Positions 19,563-29,688 are shown, counted from the stretch's first letter. The stretch is 64,000 nucleotides of DNA from Bacilli bacterium (GCA_023268805.1 JALRKT010000001.1:20561-84560); one strand, 5' to 3'. Translations and numbers: made by a program. The notes: a model not told the origin generated them from the sequence alone.

Positions 19563-20543
19563 ATGGCAAGAGTATTAAGTGGAATAAAGCCGACGGGCAC
19601 GCTTACCTTAGGAAATTATATTGGCGCATTAAAACGTTTTCCTGCGTTTCAAACTTTACATAACTCCTTTATTTTTATTGCCGATTTACATGCTTTAACC
19701 TTACCAATTGATCCTGAAGTTCTAAAAAAGAATGCATTTGACCTTGCGGCATTTTATTTAGCAGCCGGTCTAGACCCAGAAAAAACAACCCTATTTTTAC
19801 AATCCCAAGTAAGTGCCCACGCTGAACTCAATACCATCCTTACGAATTATGCTTATATGGGTGAAATGGCTCGCATGACCCAATTTAAAGAAAAAAGTGA
19901 AGCCAAAAAAGAACAAGCGATTGGTTTAGGTTTATTTACCTATCCTGTACTTATGGCAGCGGATATTTTACTTTATGATGCGGAAATTGTTCCTGTGGGT
20001 GAAGATCAACGTCAACATGTGGAGTTAACGCGAGACCTCGCTCAACGCTTTAATCATCGCTATGGTGACGTCCTTGTCATGCCAAAAGCGGAACTTTCTA
20101 AAGTAGGAGCGCGGGTGATGTCGTTATCTGATCCCACCAAAAAAATGTCGAAATCCGATCCAAAAGGAAACATTGAGCTAAGCGAAGATTTAGCCAGCGT
20201 ACGTAAAAAAATCATGAGTGCAGTTACCGATTCGGATACCATTGTTCGCTACGATGTCGCACAAAAACCTGGTATTAGTAATCTCATGACGATTTATGCG
20301 AGTTTAAAAGAAATCTCCCTTGAAAATGTCGAAAAGACGTTTGCAGGACAAACGTATGGAATGTTTAAAAAAGCCGTAGCCGATGTCGTTTGTGAAGAAC
20401 TTCAACAATTACAAGAACGTTATCAGTCTATTGTCGCTTCAGGACTCGTTCACCATGTTTTAAAGCAAGGCGCACAACGTGCACAAAGCATTGCCAATGC
20501 CACCCTTCAACGCGTGAAAGCCGCTGTCGGTTTATGGCTTTAA
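19563..20543 (+). CDS. trpS: Tryptophan--tRNA ligase
   Basis: SGIKPTG.LTLGNYIG, YPVLMAADIL, VPVGEDQ, KMSKS. Confidence 0.98.
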   Translation: MARVLSGIKPTGTLTLGNYIGALKRFPAFQTLHNSFIFIADLHALTLPIDPEVLKKNAFDLAAFYLAAGLDPEKTTLFLQSQVSAHAELNTILTNYAYMGEMARMTQFKEKSEAKKEQAIGLGLFTYPVLMAADILLYDAEIVPVGEDQRQHVELTRDLAQRFNHRYGDVLVMPKAELSKVGARVMSLSDPTKKMSKSDPKGNIELSEDLASVRKKIMSAVTDSDTIVRYDVAQKPGISNLMTIYASLKEISLENVEKTFAGQTYGMFKKAVADVVCEELQQLQERYQSIVASGLVHHVLKQGAQRAQSIANATLQRVKAAVGLWL

Positions 20544-21349
20544 AACCTTATTTGATAGCCCTTGATTTAGATGGTACACTTTTAACGTCTCAAAAAACGA
20601 TTGATCGATCCACCGCGGCTTATTTGCGAAAATTAAGTAAAGACCATTATCTTGTGCTTGCCTCGGGTCGACCCTATCGATCCTTAATTAAATACTATGA
20701 TCAATTGCAACTAAAGACGCCGCTAGTATGTTATAACGGTGCTTTTGTTACGTATCCTCATCATCCCGAACGAAAGGATACTGCCTTTGAATTTCCTCAA
20801 GAAGTCGTTAAAGCCATTTACCGGGATGTCGGTCTTGAGATACTTGACAACATTATGTGTGAAACCAACCATGATATTTGGTTACTCCAAGAGGAACATG
20901 GTCTTGCTGATTTTTTCTGGCACGACAACATGCGGATGAATTATGGACCCCTTGATCAAACGCTTTTTGAAAACCCGATGACGATGATTATCAAATCCAA
21001 AGAACGAAATGATAAAGCCGATCAAATCATTCGCGATGCTGTCGCCAAACACCCAGGGTTATCCGTCCGTTTTTGGGGAGATTCCGTCTATTCAGAAATT
21101 TATTATTCCCATATTTCCAAAGGATCCGCGCTACAAAAACTTTTAGATGAATTTCATCTTCCTTTATCCCAATTTATTGCCTTTGGAGATGCGGAAAATG
21201 ATCGAGAAATGCTCAGTCTCTCCCCCCATAGTTTTGCGATGAAAAACTCGGTAGAATCGATTAAAAAAGTAGCAAAAAACGTCACACGATTTGACAATGA
21301 TCATCACGGTATTCGTGAAGAACTCATGCAATTTTTTAAAGAAGATTAA
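20534..21349 (+). CDS. Cof-type HAD-IIB hydrolase
   Basis: DLDGTLL, ASGR, YNGA, SKG, FGDAEND. Confidence 0.93.
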   Translation: MALKPYLIALDLDGTLLTSQKTIDRSTAAYLRKLSKDHYLVLASGRPYRSLIKYYDQLQLKTPLVCYNGAFVTYPHHPERKDTAFEFPQEVVKAIYRDVGLEILDNIMCETNHDIWLLQEEHGLADFFWHDNMRMNYGPLDQTLFENPMTMIIKSKERNDKADQIIRDAVAKHPGLSVRFWGDSVYSEIYYSHISKGSALQKLLDEFHLPLSQFIAFGDAENDREMLSLSPHSFAMKNSVESIKKVAKNVTRFDNDHHGIREELMQFFKED

Positions 21350-23048
21350 GACGATACTGTTGAAAGAAAGCGTTTTTTAGGTCGGCAATACGATCGTCCA
21401 CGTGGGCATCATGTTGACTCACGACCGAGATATAAAATTTACATTTAGGTTCTGTTCCCGAAGGACGAATCACAATCGTTGAACCATCTTCATACGTGAT
21501 TTTAATCACATTCGCTTGCGGTAGATTAATCGTACTTCGATGATGATTAAAGGTTTTCTTTTCTTGATGCCAATAATCTTCAAAAAGGACGACTTTACGG
21601 TCGCCAATCGGTTGAAATGGGGTTTTACGAATGGAAGCCATCAACGTCGCAAGTAAGGTTTGTCCTTCTTCACCCTTTAAGGCGATTGAAAATTGTTGGT
21701 CAGCATGATAACCAAACCGTTGGAATAAAGAGGCAATGACATCATCCAGTCGGCGCCCTTGGGAAAGATGAAATAACGTCATTTCCGAATAGAGTAATAA
21801 GGCTTGTAGTGCATCTTTATCCCGTACAAAGGGACCCACAAGACACCCATACGATTCCTCATATCCAAACACAAAGGTTGGTCCCGCATTCTCTTCATAA
21901 AATTGAATACGGTCCCCAATAAATTTAAAACCCGTGAGAAATGATTCAACCTGAACCCCATAAGATTCGGCGATACGTTTAGCAAACGGAGAACAAACAA
22001 CCGTGTCATACATGACAGGGTTTTCCGGCATTTTATGGAGTGCTTTCTTTTGGGAGAATAAATAATCGGCTAACAAAGCCCCTGAAAGATTGCCATTTAA
22101 TAATTGATAGGTCCCTTGACGATCTAAATAGGCAATGCCCACGCGGTCTGCATCCGGATCGGAGACTAAAATTAAATCTGCTTTATGTTTTTTTGCGTAC
22201 GCTAAGGCAAGCGTGTAGGCTTTGGGTTCCTCAGGATTCGGTGATTCTGTCGCCGAAAAGTTCGGATCTATACGCATTTGTTCTTCAACAGGAATAAGGG
22301 TAAAACCCACCGATGAAAATAAGGTTGGCACCAAACGGTACCCTGTACCATGTTGGGGACTATAAACTATCTTGATGGAGGCATGATCGAGTTCGGGGTG
22401 AAGTTGTAATGCGTGAATGGCTTGAAGATACGTTTTTTCAACATCATCATTCAATGTGATGATTGCCGCGGGTTTATCCACATTCGGTAATGTGATTTCT
22501 AAAGCATCGGGTAAAGCTTCAAGTTGACGAATGACTTGGTGAATTTTATGGGGAACGAGTTGACAACCATGCTCATCATACACCTTAAAACCATTATGCT
22601 CTTTTGGGTTATGGGACGCGGTTAACATCACACCGCCAATGGCATGTTGATAACGGACTGCATAAGAAAGTAAGGGTGTTGGCACAAGTTCGGGAAAAAT
22701 AAAGGCAGGTATACCGAGTTGCGTCAGGATTTTCGCTGTTAAATGAGTATATTCTTCTGCATTAAGGCGATTGTCATGACCAATGACAACCCCGCGGTGA
22801 AATGATTGAGGAAATGTTGCTTTTAAATATAAACCAAAGGCATACGCCACTTTTCGAATGGTAAAATAATTAATTCGATTCGTTCCTGGACCCATAATAC
22901 CGCGCATGCCAGCGGTTCCAAATTCAATGTCTTTAAAGAACGCATCATCTGCTTCTTTTTCTGAATAAGCTCGGATAACCTCTTTGTCGGTATTGGTGAC
23001 ATGGGACGAGGAGAGCCATGTGTTCATTTTTTCGTGTATCATTTTCAC
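21336..23048 (-). CDS. Phospho-sugar mutase (phosphoglucomutase/phosphomannomutase family)
   Basis: FGTAGMRG, TASHNP, DPDADR, GYEES, RPSGTEPK. Confidence 0.93.
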   Translation of the reverse strand: MKMIHEKMNTWLSSSHVTNTDKEVIRAYSEKEADDAFFKDIEFGTAGMRGIMGPGTNRINYFTIRKVAYAFGLYLKATFPQSFHRGVVIGHDNRLNAEEYTHLTAKILTQLGIPAFIFPELVPTPLLSYAVRYQHAIGGVMLTASHNPKEHNGFKVYDEHGCQLVPHKIHQVIRQLEALPDALEITLPNVDKPAAIITLNDDVEKTYLQAIHALQLHPELDHASIKIVYSPQHGTGYRLVPTLFSSVGFTLIPVEEQMRIDPNFSATESPNPEEPKAYTLALAYAKKHKADLILVSDPDADRVGIAYLDRQGTYQLLNGNLSGALLADYLFSQKKALHKMPENPVMYDTVVCSPFAKRIAESYGVQVESFLTGFKFIGDRIQFYEENAGPTFVFGYEESYGCLVGPFVRDKDALQALLLYSEMTLFHLSQGRRLDDVIASLFQRFGYHADQQFSIALKGEEGQTLLATLMASIRKTPFQPIGDRKVVLFEDYWHQEKKTFNHHRSTINLPQANVIKITYEDGSTIVIRPSGTEPKCKFYISVVSQHDAHVDDRIADLKNAFFQQYRLNLL

Positions 23049-24007
23049 GCATTTAATTTTAACAAAAAACCTTGGTCAATTTCATCCAATTCAATTGTAA
23101 ATTTTTTTTCACTAATCCCAGATAAGACACCCGTCAATTTAGGAAAAACTATCGCATAGGCGTGTAAAAACATCGCTTCATAACCATAGGTTTTTTTCAC
23201 GGCAAGATTTTTTTGAAAATCTCCATATTTTTGATCGCCGACAACAGGATGTTGAAAGGCTTTCATGTGAACCCGAATTTGATGTGTTCTTCCTGTGATG
23301 ATTTCCACATTAAGTAAGGAAAAATCTTGAATGTGTTTAACGACATCATAACGTGTAATTGCAGTCATGCCTTCTTCATCCTCACCCGCAACATACACCA
23401 TTTTTTTATCACTGTCTTTCGTGAGTTTATAGCTTAATTCTCCGCCTTTATCCACATAACCATGGACGAGGGCGTAATAAAATTTCCGCAATTGATGGGA
23501 TTTGAAGATATGTTGAAGTGCCTGTAAACTTTCAACGGTTTTTCCATAGACGATGAGTCCACCCGTTTGTCGATCGAGTCGATGGGCGGGGGCGGGCAAT
23601 GAACCCATGACGTGATCGGTTAATTCACCTTGATACACCATGTACGCTTGAACTTCTGTTGTCAGCGTAGTCTCTGAAAGTTTCCCTTCACCCTGAACGA
23701 GCACACCTTTAGGTTTTTGAAGAATCAGGACGTGGGCATCCTCATAAATAATGTTGTACGGTAGTTTTTTGGGTTGTAAGCGACGTTGTACCGAAAAATC
23801 AGCATATTGTTCTTCTTTAAGGTAGACCGTAACTAGATCCCCCTGCTTTAAGACATATTCTGGTTTAACCCATTTCCCATTGACTTTAATTTCTTTTTTA
23901 CGAAATAATTTATAAATAAAACTTAGAGGCGCTTCTTCTAACCATTTCCGCATAAATTTATCAATACGTTGATGCGCATTTTGGGGTTCAATCGTGGTTT
24001 GTTTCAT
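23045..24007 (-). CDS. RluA-family pseudouridine synthase with S4 domain
   Basis: QRIDKF, KPKG, HRLDRQTGG, TGRTHQIRVH, GDQKYG, LHA. Confidence 0.95.
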   Translation of the reverse strand: MKQTTIEPQNAHQRIDKFMRKWLEEAPLSFIYKLFRKKEIKVNGKWVKPEYVLKQGDLVTVYLKEEQYADFSVQRRLQPKKLPYNIIYEDAHVLILQKPKGVLVQGEGKLSETTLTTEVQAYMVYQGELTDHVMGSLPAPAHRLDRQTGGLIVYGKTVESLQALQHIFKSHQLRKFYYALVHGYVDKGGELSYKLTKDSDKKMVYVAGEDEEGMTAITRYDVVKHIQDFSLLNVEIITGRTHQIRVHMKAFQHPVVGDQKYGDFQKNLAVKKTYGYEAMFLHAYAIVFPKLTGVLSGISEKKFTIELDEIDQGFLLKLNA

Positions 24008-24070
24008 AACCCAAACATTTTAGCATTTATCTCTCCCTAACGCTTGTGATTTTGTTATAATCATTATCAC

Positions 24071-24161
24071 GGAGAAATACCCAAGAGGCTGAAGGGGCAG
24101 GCTTGGAAAGCTTGTAGGTCCGTAACAGGGCGCGAGGGTTCAAATCCCTCTTTCTCCGCCA
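24071..24161 (+). tRNA. tRNA-Ser(GGA)
   Basis: CAGGC-TT-GGA-AA-GCTTG anticodon arm; long variable arm; CCA; TGTTATAAT 9 nt upstream. Confidence 0.97.
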
Positions 24162-24184
24162 TTCCATTACCAACAACCATTCAC

Positions 24185-24961
24185 ATGAATTTCTTCTTTG
24201 CCTTCCTGCTTACTATCCTTGCAGGTCTTGCAACAGGCCTCGGTGGTTTAATTGCGTTTACAAAGTTTGCCAAACGTAAAACGTTTTTATCGTTTAGCCT
24301 TGGATTTTCTGCAGGCGTCATGCTTTATGTCTCGTTTGTTGAAATTTTACCAAAAGGCATCGCTGCCCTTGAAAACACTATTTTTGAAAATGATGCTGTT
24401 TTATACGGAACGCTAGCCTTTTTTGTCGGGATCGGAGTGATTATGCTTATTGATCAATTCATTCCCTCAAAAATGAATCCTCACGAGATAAAGGATGAAA
24501 AAACGTCGCATCAATCCTTACTTCGGATGGGAATATTTACCGCATTCGCGATTGCACTTCATAATTTACCGGAAGGTTTAGCGACATTGTATGCAGGATT
24601 GAGTGATGCACGACTTGGGATTAGTGTTACCCTTGCCATCGCATTACATAATATTCCTGAAGGGATTGCTGTTGCTATTCCCATTTTTCAAGCCACTCAA
24701 CAAAAAGGAAAAGCGTTTCGCTATGCTTTTTTATCCGGTTTGGCAGAACCCATCGGTGCGATCATCGGTTTTGCCATCTTTTCAACGCTCTTTCCTGCCG
24801 AATGGTTTGGATTAATTTTTGCCTTTGTCGGAGGCATTATGGTTTATATCTCTTTGGATGAATTATTACCGACGGCTGAAAAATATGGCTATCATCATTT
24901 ATCGATTCTTGGTTTAGTCTTAGGCATGGCGATGATGGCGACGTCGTTATTACTTTTTTAA
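24185..24961 (+). CDS. zupT: ZIP-family zinc transporter ZupT
   Basis: GFSAGVMLYVSFVEI, HNLPEG, HNIPEG, SGLAEP, LDELLP. Confidence 0.93.
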   Translation: MNFFFAFLLTILAGLATGLGGLIAFTKFAKRKTFLSFSLGFSAGVMLYVSFVEILPKGIAALENTIFENDAVLYGTLAFFVGIGVIMLIDQFIPSKMNPHEIKDEKTSHQSLLRMGIFTAFAIALHNLPEGLATLYAGLSDARLGISVTLAIALHNIPEGIAVAIPIFQATQQKGKAFRYAFLSGLAEPIGAIIGFAIFSTLFPAEWFGLIFAFVGGIMVYISLDELLPTAEKYGYHHLSILGLVLGMAMMATSLLLF

Positions 24962-26425
24962 ATAAACGATCTGATCATCGACAATGGTCATGGTTACATG
25001 GGCATCATAGATGCGCTTGGGCTCTGCATAAAAATCAACATTAAAAACGGTAAAATCCGCGATATATCCTGGTTTTAGTTGACCTCGTTCATGGGTTTTA
25101 TAGGTCGGGATGTTTGCCCAATCCGTATAAAGATGAATTGCTTCTTCGATGGATAAACATTCGTCTTCACCATAGGTTTTTCCATCATGGTCACTCGTAC
25201 GGAAGACGGCAGCGATAACGCCTTTTAAAGGATTTGGTGGTTCTACTGGAGCATCACTGCCTCCACAAAGAATAAGTCCATGTTGCTGGTAAGTTTTCCA
25301 AGGATATATGAGTTCAGTTTGCTCAGGTAATAATGCATATCCCCACGGTAAATCACTACTTAAAAATTGTGGTTGAATATCAAGAATAACGGGTAATTTA
25401 TTTAAATATTCAAGTGTTGCTTTCATCGCAAAAGAGGCGTGAATAATTCGGTCATGTTGACCTTCGTGCGGGGGATATTTTTTTAACCATTTGGAAACTT
25501 CCTCTAACGCTAAATCCCCGATGGTATGTAAAGCAACAGGCAGGCGATGGCTGCGCATTGTTTTTAAAACGTTTTCAAAGGCTTCGGGTGGCCTGATGAG
25601 TTCACCCTGATGCGATTGCTTTGGGTAAGCATGGGCCATCAACGCGGTTTGACTGGATAAGGTCCCATCATAAAAGATTTTGACCGCCCCCAGTTGTAAG
25701 TAAGGCGATTGATCTAACCATGGGCGACCACTTTGAATAAACCCTTGCACTTCTTCATGATGCATCAATAAATGGGCACGAAAGGGTTTTCTTTTTAATG
25801 CTTCTTCAAACGCTTCAACGGTGTCTTTAAAGCCATTAAAATAATGCAAATCATCGGAGTGACCTCCGGTAATACCATACGCATGTAAACTTTCAATCGC
25901 ATTGGTAATCATCGTTGTCAACGTTTGGTTGGAATGGCGTGGCATCGCAAACACGGCTTTGGCGGCGTCTAGTTCATGTAAAATTCCATTCGATTCAGTT
26001 AAACCAATACGATTTAATAAAACCGAATTGACGGTTGCACTATGATAATCAGCATGGCGAATAAGTATCGGTTGACTAGAACTAATCGCATCTAAATCTA
26101 TTTTGGTTAGACCAATATCGTGATACCCTTGAACGTATAAAGGCTGCCCGTGAAAAGCTTTTTTTATCGTCGATAAAATAAGGTTTTTATCAGTTAATTT
26201 ATTTAAGTTCGTCAATGTAAGACGTTCACCATATCCTGCGATATGTAAATGCGCATCAACCCATCCTGGGTAAAGAATGCCCCCTTGCAAATCCACGACT
26301 TTATCAGACTGAATGGATTGGGGTCCTAACGCGATGATCTTTCCATTTTCTGTGTAAAATTCTCGAACAAATTCACGGGAAGCGGTTAAGGTGTAACAAA
26401 CGCCATTTTTATAATGTGTAATCAT
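24950..26425 (-). CDS. Amidohydrolase-3 family protein (YtcJ-like)
   Basis: PGWVDAHLH, KIFYDG, HTIGD, RIIHA, GSDAPVE, G.L.PGY.ADF. Confidence 0.88.
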   Translation of the reverse strand: MITHYKNGVCYTLTASREFVREFYTENGKIIALGPQSIQSDKVVDLQGGILYPGWVDAHLHIAGYGERLTLTNLNKLTDKNLILSTIKKAFHGQPLYVQGYHDIGLTKIDLDAISSSQPILIRHADYHSATVNSVLLNRIGLTESNGILHELDAAKAVFAMPRHSNQTLTTMITNAIESLHAYGITGGHSDDLHYFNGFKDTVEAFEEALKRKPFRAHLLMHHEEVQGFIQSGRPWLDQSPYLQLGAVKIFYDGTLSSQTALMAHAYPKQSHQGELIRPPEAFENVLKTMRSHRLPVALHTIGDLALEEVSKWLKKYPPHEGQHDRIIHASFAMKATLEYLNKLPVILDIQPQFLSSDLPWGYALLPEQTELIYPWKTYQQHGLILCGGSDAPVEPPNPLKGVIAAVFRTSDHDGKTYGEDECLSIEEAIHLYTDWANIPTYKTHERGQLKPGYIADFTVFNVDFYAEPKRIYDAHVTMTIVDDQIVYLKK

Positions 26426-26440
26426 AGCGTAAGTTTAACA

Positions 26441-26464
26441 AAAAAAGTGCCTTTCGGCACTTTT
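26441..26464 (-). terminator. Intrinsic terminator
   Basis: AAAAGTGCC-4 nt-GGCACTTTT with T-tract on the minus strand. Confidence 0.8.
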
Positions 26465-26469
26465 CATGT

Positions 26470-26805
26470 TTAGGATTCGATGGCGTCTTGAAGCCTTTGG
26501 GCGCGACGGAGCTTCTTTTCTCGCTCCACTTGTTCGCGTTGGGCAATATGATTCAAGATGATGACTAGAAAGAGCACGCCAGTAACAAGGAAAATCGCCC
26601 CCCCTTGTAAAAGCGTTAAGGATACCGAAAGAAAATCTTGAATGGATGCTTCCATCGTTTTAATCCAGTTATCCGCTGTAGGGACATTGAGAAAATCGGC
26701 GATAAAGCCAAAAAGAGAAGCCAAGAAACCAAGGCCGGCAATTAACCCAAAAAGGCTAATGCCTATCCAATCTTTTCGTGTGAGTGATGTTTGTATTTTT
26801 TTCAT
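26470..26805 (-). CDS. Hypothetical 2-TM membrane protein with charged C-terminal tail
   Basis: GAGGT RBS, TGATACAAT -10 box, two hydrophobic helices. Confidence 0.7.
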   Translation of the reverse strand: MKKIQTSLTRKDWIGISLFGLIAGLGFLASLFGFIADFLNVPTADNWIKTMEASIQDFLSVSLTLLQGGAIFLVTGVLFLVIILNHIAQREQVEREKKLRRAQRLQDAIES

Positions 26806-26852
26806 AAGTTAAACCTCTTTAGCATTGTATCAAAGACCGTCAAAAGTCTCAA

Positions 26853-27704
26853 TCAGGAGTGATCTTTTTCGAGGTAGGATTGCAATTCATAAACACGACG
26901 AACGATGTGTTTTGCGTGTTGCTTGATCCGTGGATGCGCTTGCGCCATACAGAAGGAATGCTCGAATGACTCGAATAACGGGATATCATTGCCCGAATCA
27001 CCAATCACATAAACATCTTTTGCATCGATGTTTTCCCGTTCCATGATGAGTTTTAGTCCATTGGCTTTACTCACGCTTTTCGGAGAAACTTCGATAATGT
27101 TATGAATCCATAAAATGGATAATTCAGGAAAGGCTTTTTGTAAGCGTTCACTTTCATCGTGTGATAATTTTTTGGATTTATTGGATAAACCAAAATAAAT
27201 GAGGAGGCGTTGCAAATCATCCCCATGGGCACTTAATTTATCCAAAAAAACATCGTTATCAATTAAATACGGTTCACGATACACGCCTTGATACCAATAA
27301 TAAAACCGATAAATCAAATTCAAATACCAAATTTTCCCCTTGGAATAAAGAAGATTTGTCACCGAATCCGCATCAATCGAAAGCATGGTTCGTGCATGAC
27401 GGGCGATAATATCTTCAAAGACCGCCTTGCTTAATTTGGCATCTAAATACGTCTTTTGAATCATTTCGTTGCGGTAATAAACTTCCGAGCCATTACGTGA
27501 AACGATATCGATGGGAAGGTTAATTTTTTCAATCACACGCTGAACAAAATCGCGATTACGTGACGTGACAAAGACCAGATGATGGCCTTGTGCCGCCGCC
27601 CAACGTAAGAAACGAATGTTTTGGCGAGAGATAAATTGAAATCTTTTTTTGGGATAAAAAAGCGTCCCATCTAAATCCATCGCAATGAGTTTGCGTTTAT
27701 TCAC
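26853..27704 (-). CDS. Cof-type HAD-IIB hydrolase
   Basis: DLDGTL, TSR, SKANG, GDSGND; GTG start. Confidence 0.9.
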   Translation of the reverse strand: MNKRKLIAMDLDGTLFYPKKRFQFISRQNIRFLRWAAAQGHHLVFVTSRNRDFVQRVIEKINLPIDIVSRNGSEVYYRNEMIQKTYLDAKLSKAVFEDIIARHARTMLSIDADSVTNLLYSKGKIWYLNLIYRFYYWYQGVYREPYLIDNDVFLDKLSAHGDDLQRLLIYFGLSNKSKKLSHDESERLQKAFPELSILWIHNIIEVSPKSVSKANGLKLIMERENIDAKDVYVIGDSGNDIPLFESFEHSFCMAQAHPRIKQHAKHIVRRVYELQSYLEKDHS

Positions 27705-27711
27705 GTGTAAG

Positions 27712-28260
27712 TTATTGTACTTTATTTTCTGCTTGGATTAAACCATATCCGCCATCAACGCGGTGATAGAGAACACTAATTTGTCTTTCTTCGACATCAA
27801 GATACATAAAAAAACTATGACCTAACGCTTCCATACGTGTAATGGCTTCTTCGAGTGTCATTGGTTGAAGATACATACTTTTCGTACGAACGAGTTGTTC
27901 AACCACAGTTTTCTTTTCTTCGTCTTGAATTTCGTCCATTAAGAAGGATTCTGCTAAACTTGGTTGCTTATGATCTTTGACGCGTGTTTTAAAACGTCGA
28001 AGTTGATTCACTAATTTATCAATGGCTAAGTCAACGGCAGCGTATAAATCGTCATGTTGAACTTCCGCACGTAAATCCATCATTTTTGTAAAAACGGTAA
28101 TTTCAACTTTCGCACCGACTTTATATGAACGAACAAGAGCTCGACATGTCACGTCATCGTCGATGACAAAAAACTTTTCGAGTCGTTGTAATTTTTCTGT
28201 GATCGCAGAAGTAATCCCTTCCGTTACCGTAATATTCTTCCCGACAATTTGGTAGTGCAT
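27712..28260 (-). CDS. hpf: Long-form ribosome hibernation promoting factor (HPF/RaiA)
   Basis: GKNI.VT, DLYAAVD, RTK...PM..EEA..M..LGH.F, Y.R.DG.YGLI. Confidence 0.93.
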   Translation of the reverse strand: MHYQIVGKNITVTEGITSAITEKLQRLEKFFVIDDDVTCRALVRSYKVGAKVEITVFTKMMDLRAEVQHDDLYAAVDLAIDKLVNQLRRFKTRVKDHKQPSLAESFLMDEIQDEEKKTVVEQLVRTKSMYLQPMTLEEAITRMEALGHSFFMYLDVEERQISVLYHRVDGGYGLIQAENKVQ

Positions 28261-28315
28261 GCAAGATCTCCTTTTCTACTTCTATTGTCGCAAATTTAAC
28301 GTGAACTTAAAAGAC

Positions 28316-29494
28316 CTACTTCGCTTTTTCTAAGTGTGACTTAAACAAATCTAAACGGTCTAAAGCTTCCCACGGTAGCGCAAGTTCAGGTCGTCCAAAG
28401 TGCCCATAGGCTGCTAAATCTTGATACTTAAAAGACGGTTTTGTGAGTGAAAAATGACGCATAATCTCAGCAGGTTTAAAGAAAAAAGTCTTTTGAATCG
28501 CTGATAAGACATCTTTTTCTTCATAGCCTGGTTGAAGGGTATCAAACGTAAACAAACTAATCGATACCGGTTGAGCAACCCCAATCATATAAGCAAGTTG
28601 TACTTCAACTTTATCGGCTACACCGGCTGCCACCACGTGGTTAGCAATGTAGCGGGCAAGATACGCTGCAGAACGGTCAACTTTGGTAGGATCTTTTCCG
28701 GAAAAAGCACCACCGCCATGACGGGCATAACCCCCATACGTATCCACAATAATTTTGCGACCCGTTAAGCCAGTATCGCCTTTGGGTCCGCCAATCGTAA
28801 ATTTTCCACTGGGATTAATCGAAATAAGTCGTACACTTTCAAAACCAAATGCTCGAATCACAGGATGAATCACTTCCTTGATCACGTCCGCTTTAAATTG
28901 CGCTTCATGGAAGGATTCCTGATGTTGAATCGACATGACAATATGATCGAGGGATGTCTTTTCATCACTGTAATAAACCGTGACTTGTGATTTCATATCG
29001 GGTAACGCATCACGAAGCTTGCCTTGTTTTCGTAATAAAGAAGCGCGTTGAACAAGCGCATGTGCCATCGCAATCGGCAAAGGCATCCTTGTTTGCGTTT
29101 CATTCGTCGCAAAACCAAACATGAGTCCTTGATCGCCCGCTCCGACTTCATCACGATTAACCGCTTGATTAATGTCTTCGGATTGGGCTTGAACCCAATC
29201 ATGGATGACGACATCTGAAGCGGAAAAACCAAGACGCGAATCGGTATAGCCAATCCGTGTTAAAACCTGTCTAGCAATCGCTTGAACATCCGGTTTTTGA
29301 AGTGAAGGATTTGAGAACTTTATTTCCCCTCCGATGAGTAACTTTTGTTCGGCGGCAAAACATTCAATCGCGACGTGCGCAAGTGGATCTAACGCTAAAC
29401 ACGCATCCAGCACCGCATCACTAATTTGATCACAAACTTTGTCGGGATGGCCTTCAGAAACGGATTCGGACGTAAAATAATAGTCTTGTTTCAT
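28316..29494 (-). CDS. metK: S-adenosylmethionine synthetase
   Basis: FTSESVSEGHPDK, GAGDQG, GRKIIVDTYGG, GGGAFSGKDPTKVDRS; ATG at 29494 after TAAGGAG. Confidence 0.98.
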   Translation of the reverse strand: MKQDYYFTSESVSEGHPDKVCDQISDAVLDACLALDPLAHVAIECFAAEQKLLIGGEIKFSNPSLQKPDVQAIARQVLTRIGYTDSRLGFSASDVVIHDWVQAQSEDINQAVNRDEVGAGDQGLMFGFATNETQTRMPLPIAMAHALVQRASLLRKQGKLRDALPDMKSQVTVYYSDEKTSLDHIVMSIQHQESFHEAQFKADVIKEVIHPVIRAFGFESVRLISINPSGKFTIGGPKGDTGLTGRKIIVDTYGGYARHGGGAFSGKDPTKVDRSAAYLARYIANHVVAAGVADKVEVQLAYMIGVAQPVSISLFTFDTLQPGYEEKDVLSAIQKTFFFKPAEIMRHFSLTKPSFKYQDLAAYGHFGRPELALPWEALDRLDLFKSHLEKAK

Positions 29495-29511
29495 GATTAT
29501 TTTCTCCTTAT

Positions 29512-29542
29512 AAAACAAAAACTTTCCACCTGGAGGAAAGTT
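29512..29542 (-). terminator. Leader terminator (riboswitch expression platform) of metK
   Basis: AACTTTCC-TCCAGGT-GGAAAGTT-TTTGTTTT between the aptamer and the RBS. Confidence 0.8.
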
Positions 29543-29556
29543 GAGTGAACTTTCAA

Positions 29557-29651
29557 TTATATCGTTCCTAAAGGTGGCTTTAGGTGACCAGCACTTACTA
29601 GTATTCTAGAGTTGCTACTGTCTAAGGTCTATATGACAGTTCTTGATATAA
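29557..29651 (-). ncRNA. SAM riboswitch aptamer (SAM-I superfamily, atypical P2)
   Basis: P1 TTATATC/GATATAA; ATCAAGA J1/2; P2 ACTGTC/GACAGT; AGCAAC...GTGCT P3 core; P4 CCTAAAG/CTTTAGG; located in the metK leader before a terminator. Confidence 0.85.
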
Positions 29652-29657
29652 CGCCAT

Positions 29658-29686
29658 TATTATGAAACAAAACGAAACTTAAGTCA
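29658..29686 (-). promoter_or_regulatory. SigA-type promoter of the metK leader
   Basis: TTGACT-17 nt-CATAAT on the minus strand just upstream of P1. Confidence 0.65.
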
Positions 29687-29688
29687 AT

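Noticed and set aside
9982..24162. 32-nt direct repeat (CGCGAGGGTTCAAATCCCTCTTTCTCCGCCAT) at 9982 and 24131 resembling attL/attR of a 14-kb island
   Set aside because: Both copies belong to complete tRNA-Ser genes with different anticodons; the DNA between holds core genes and no integrase
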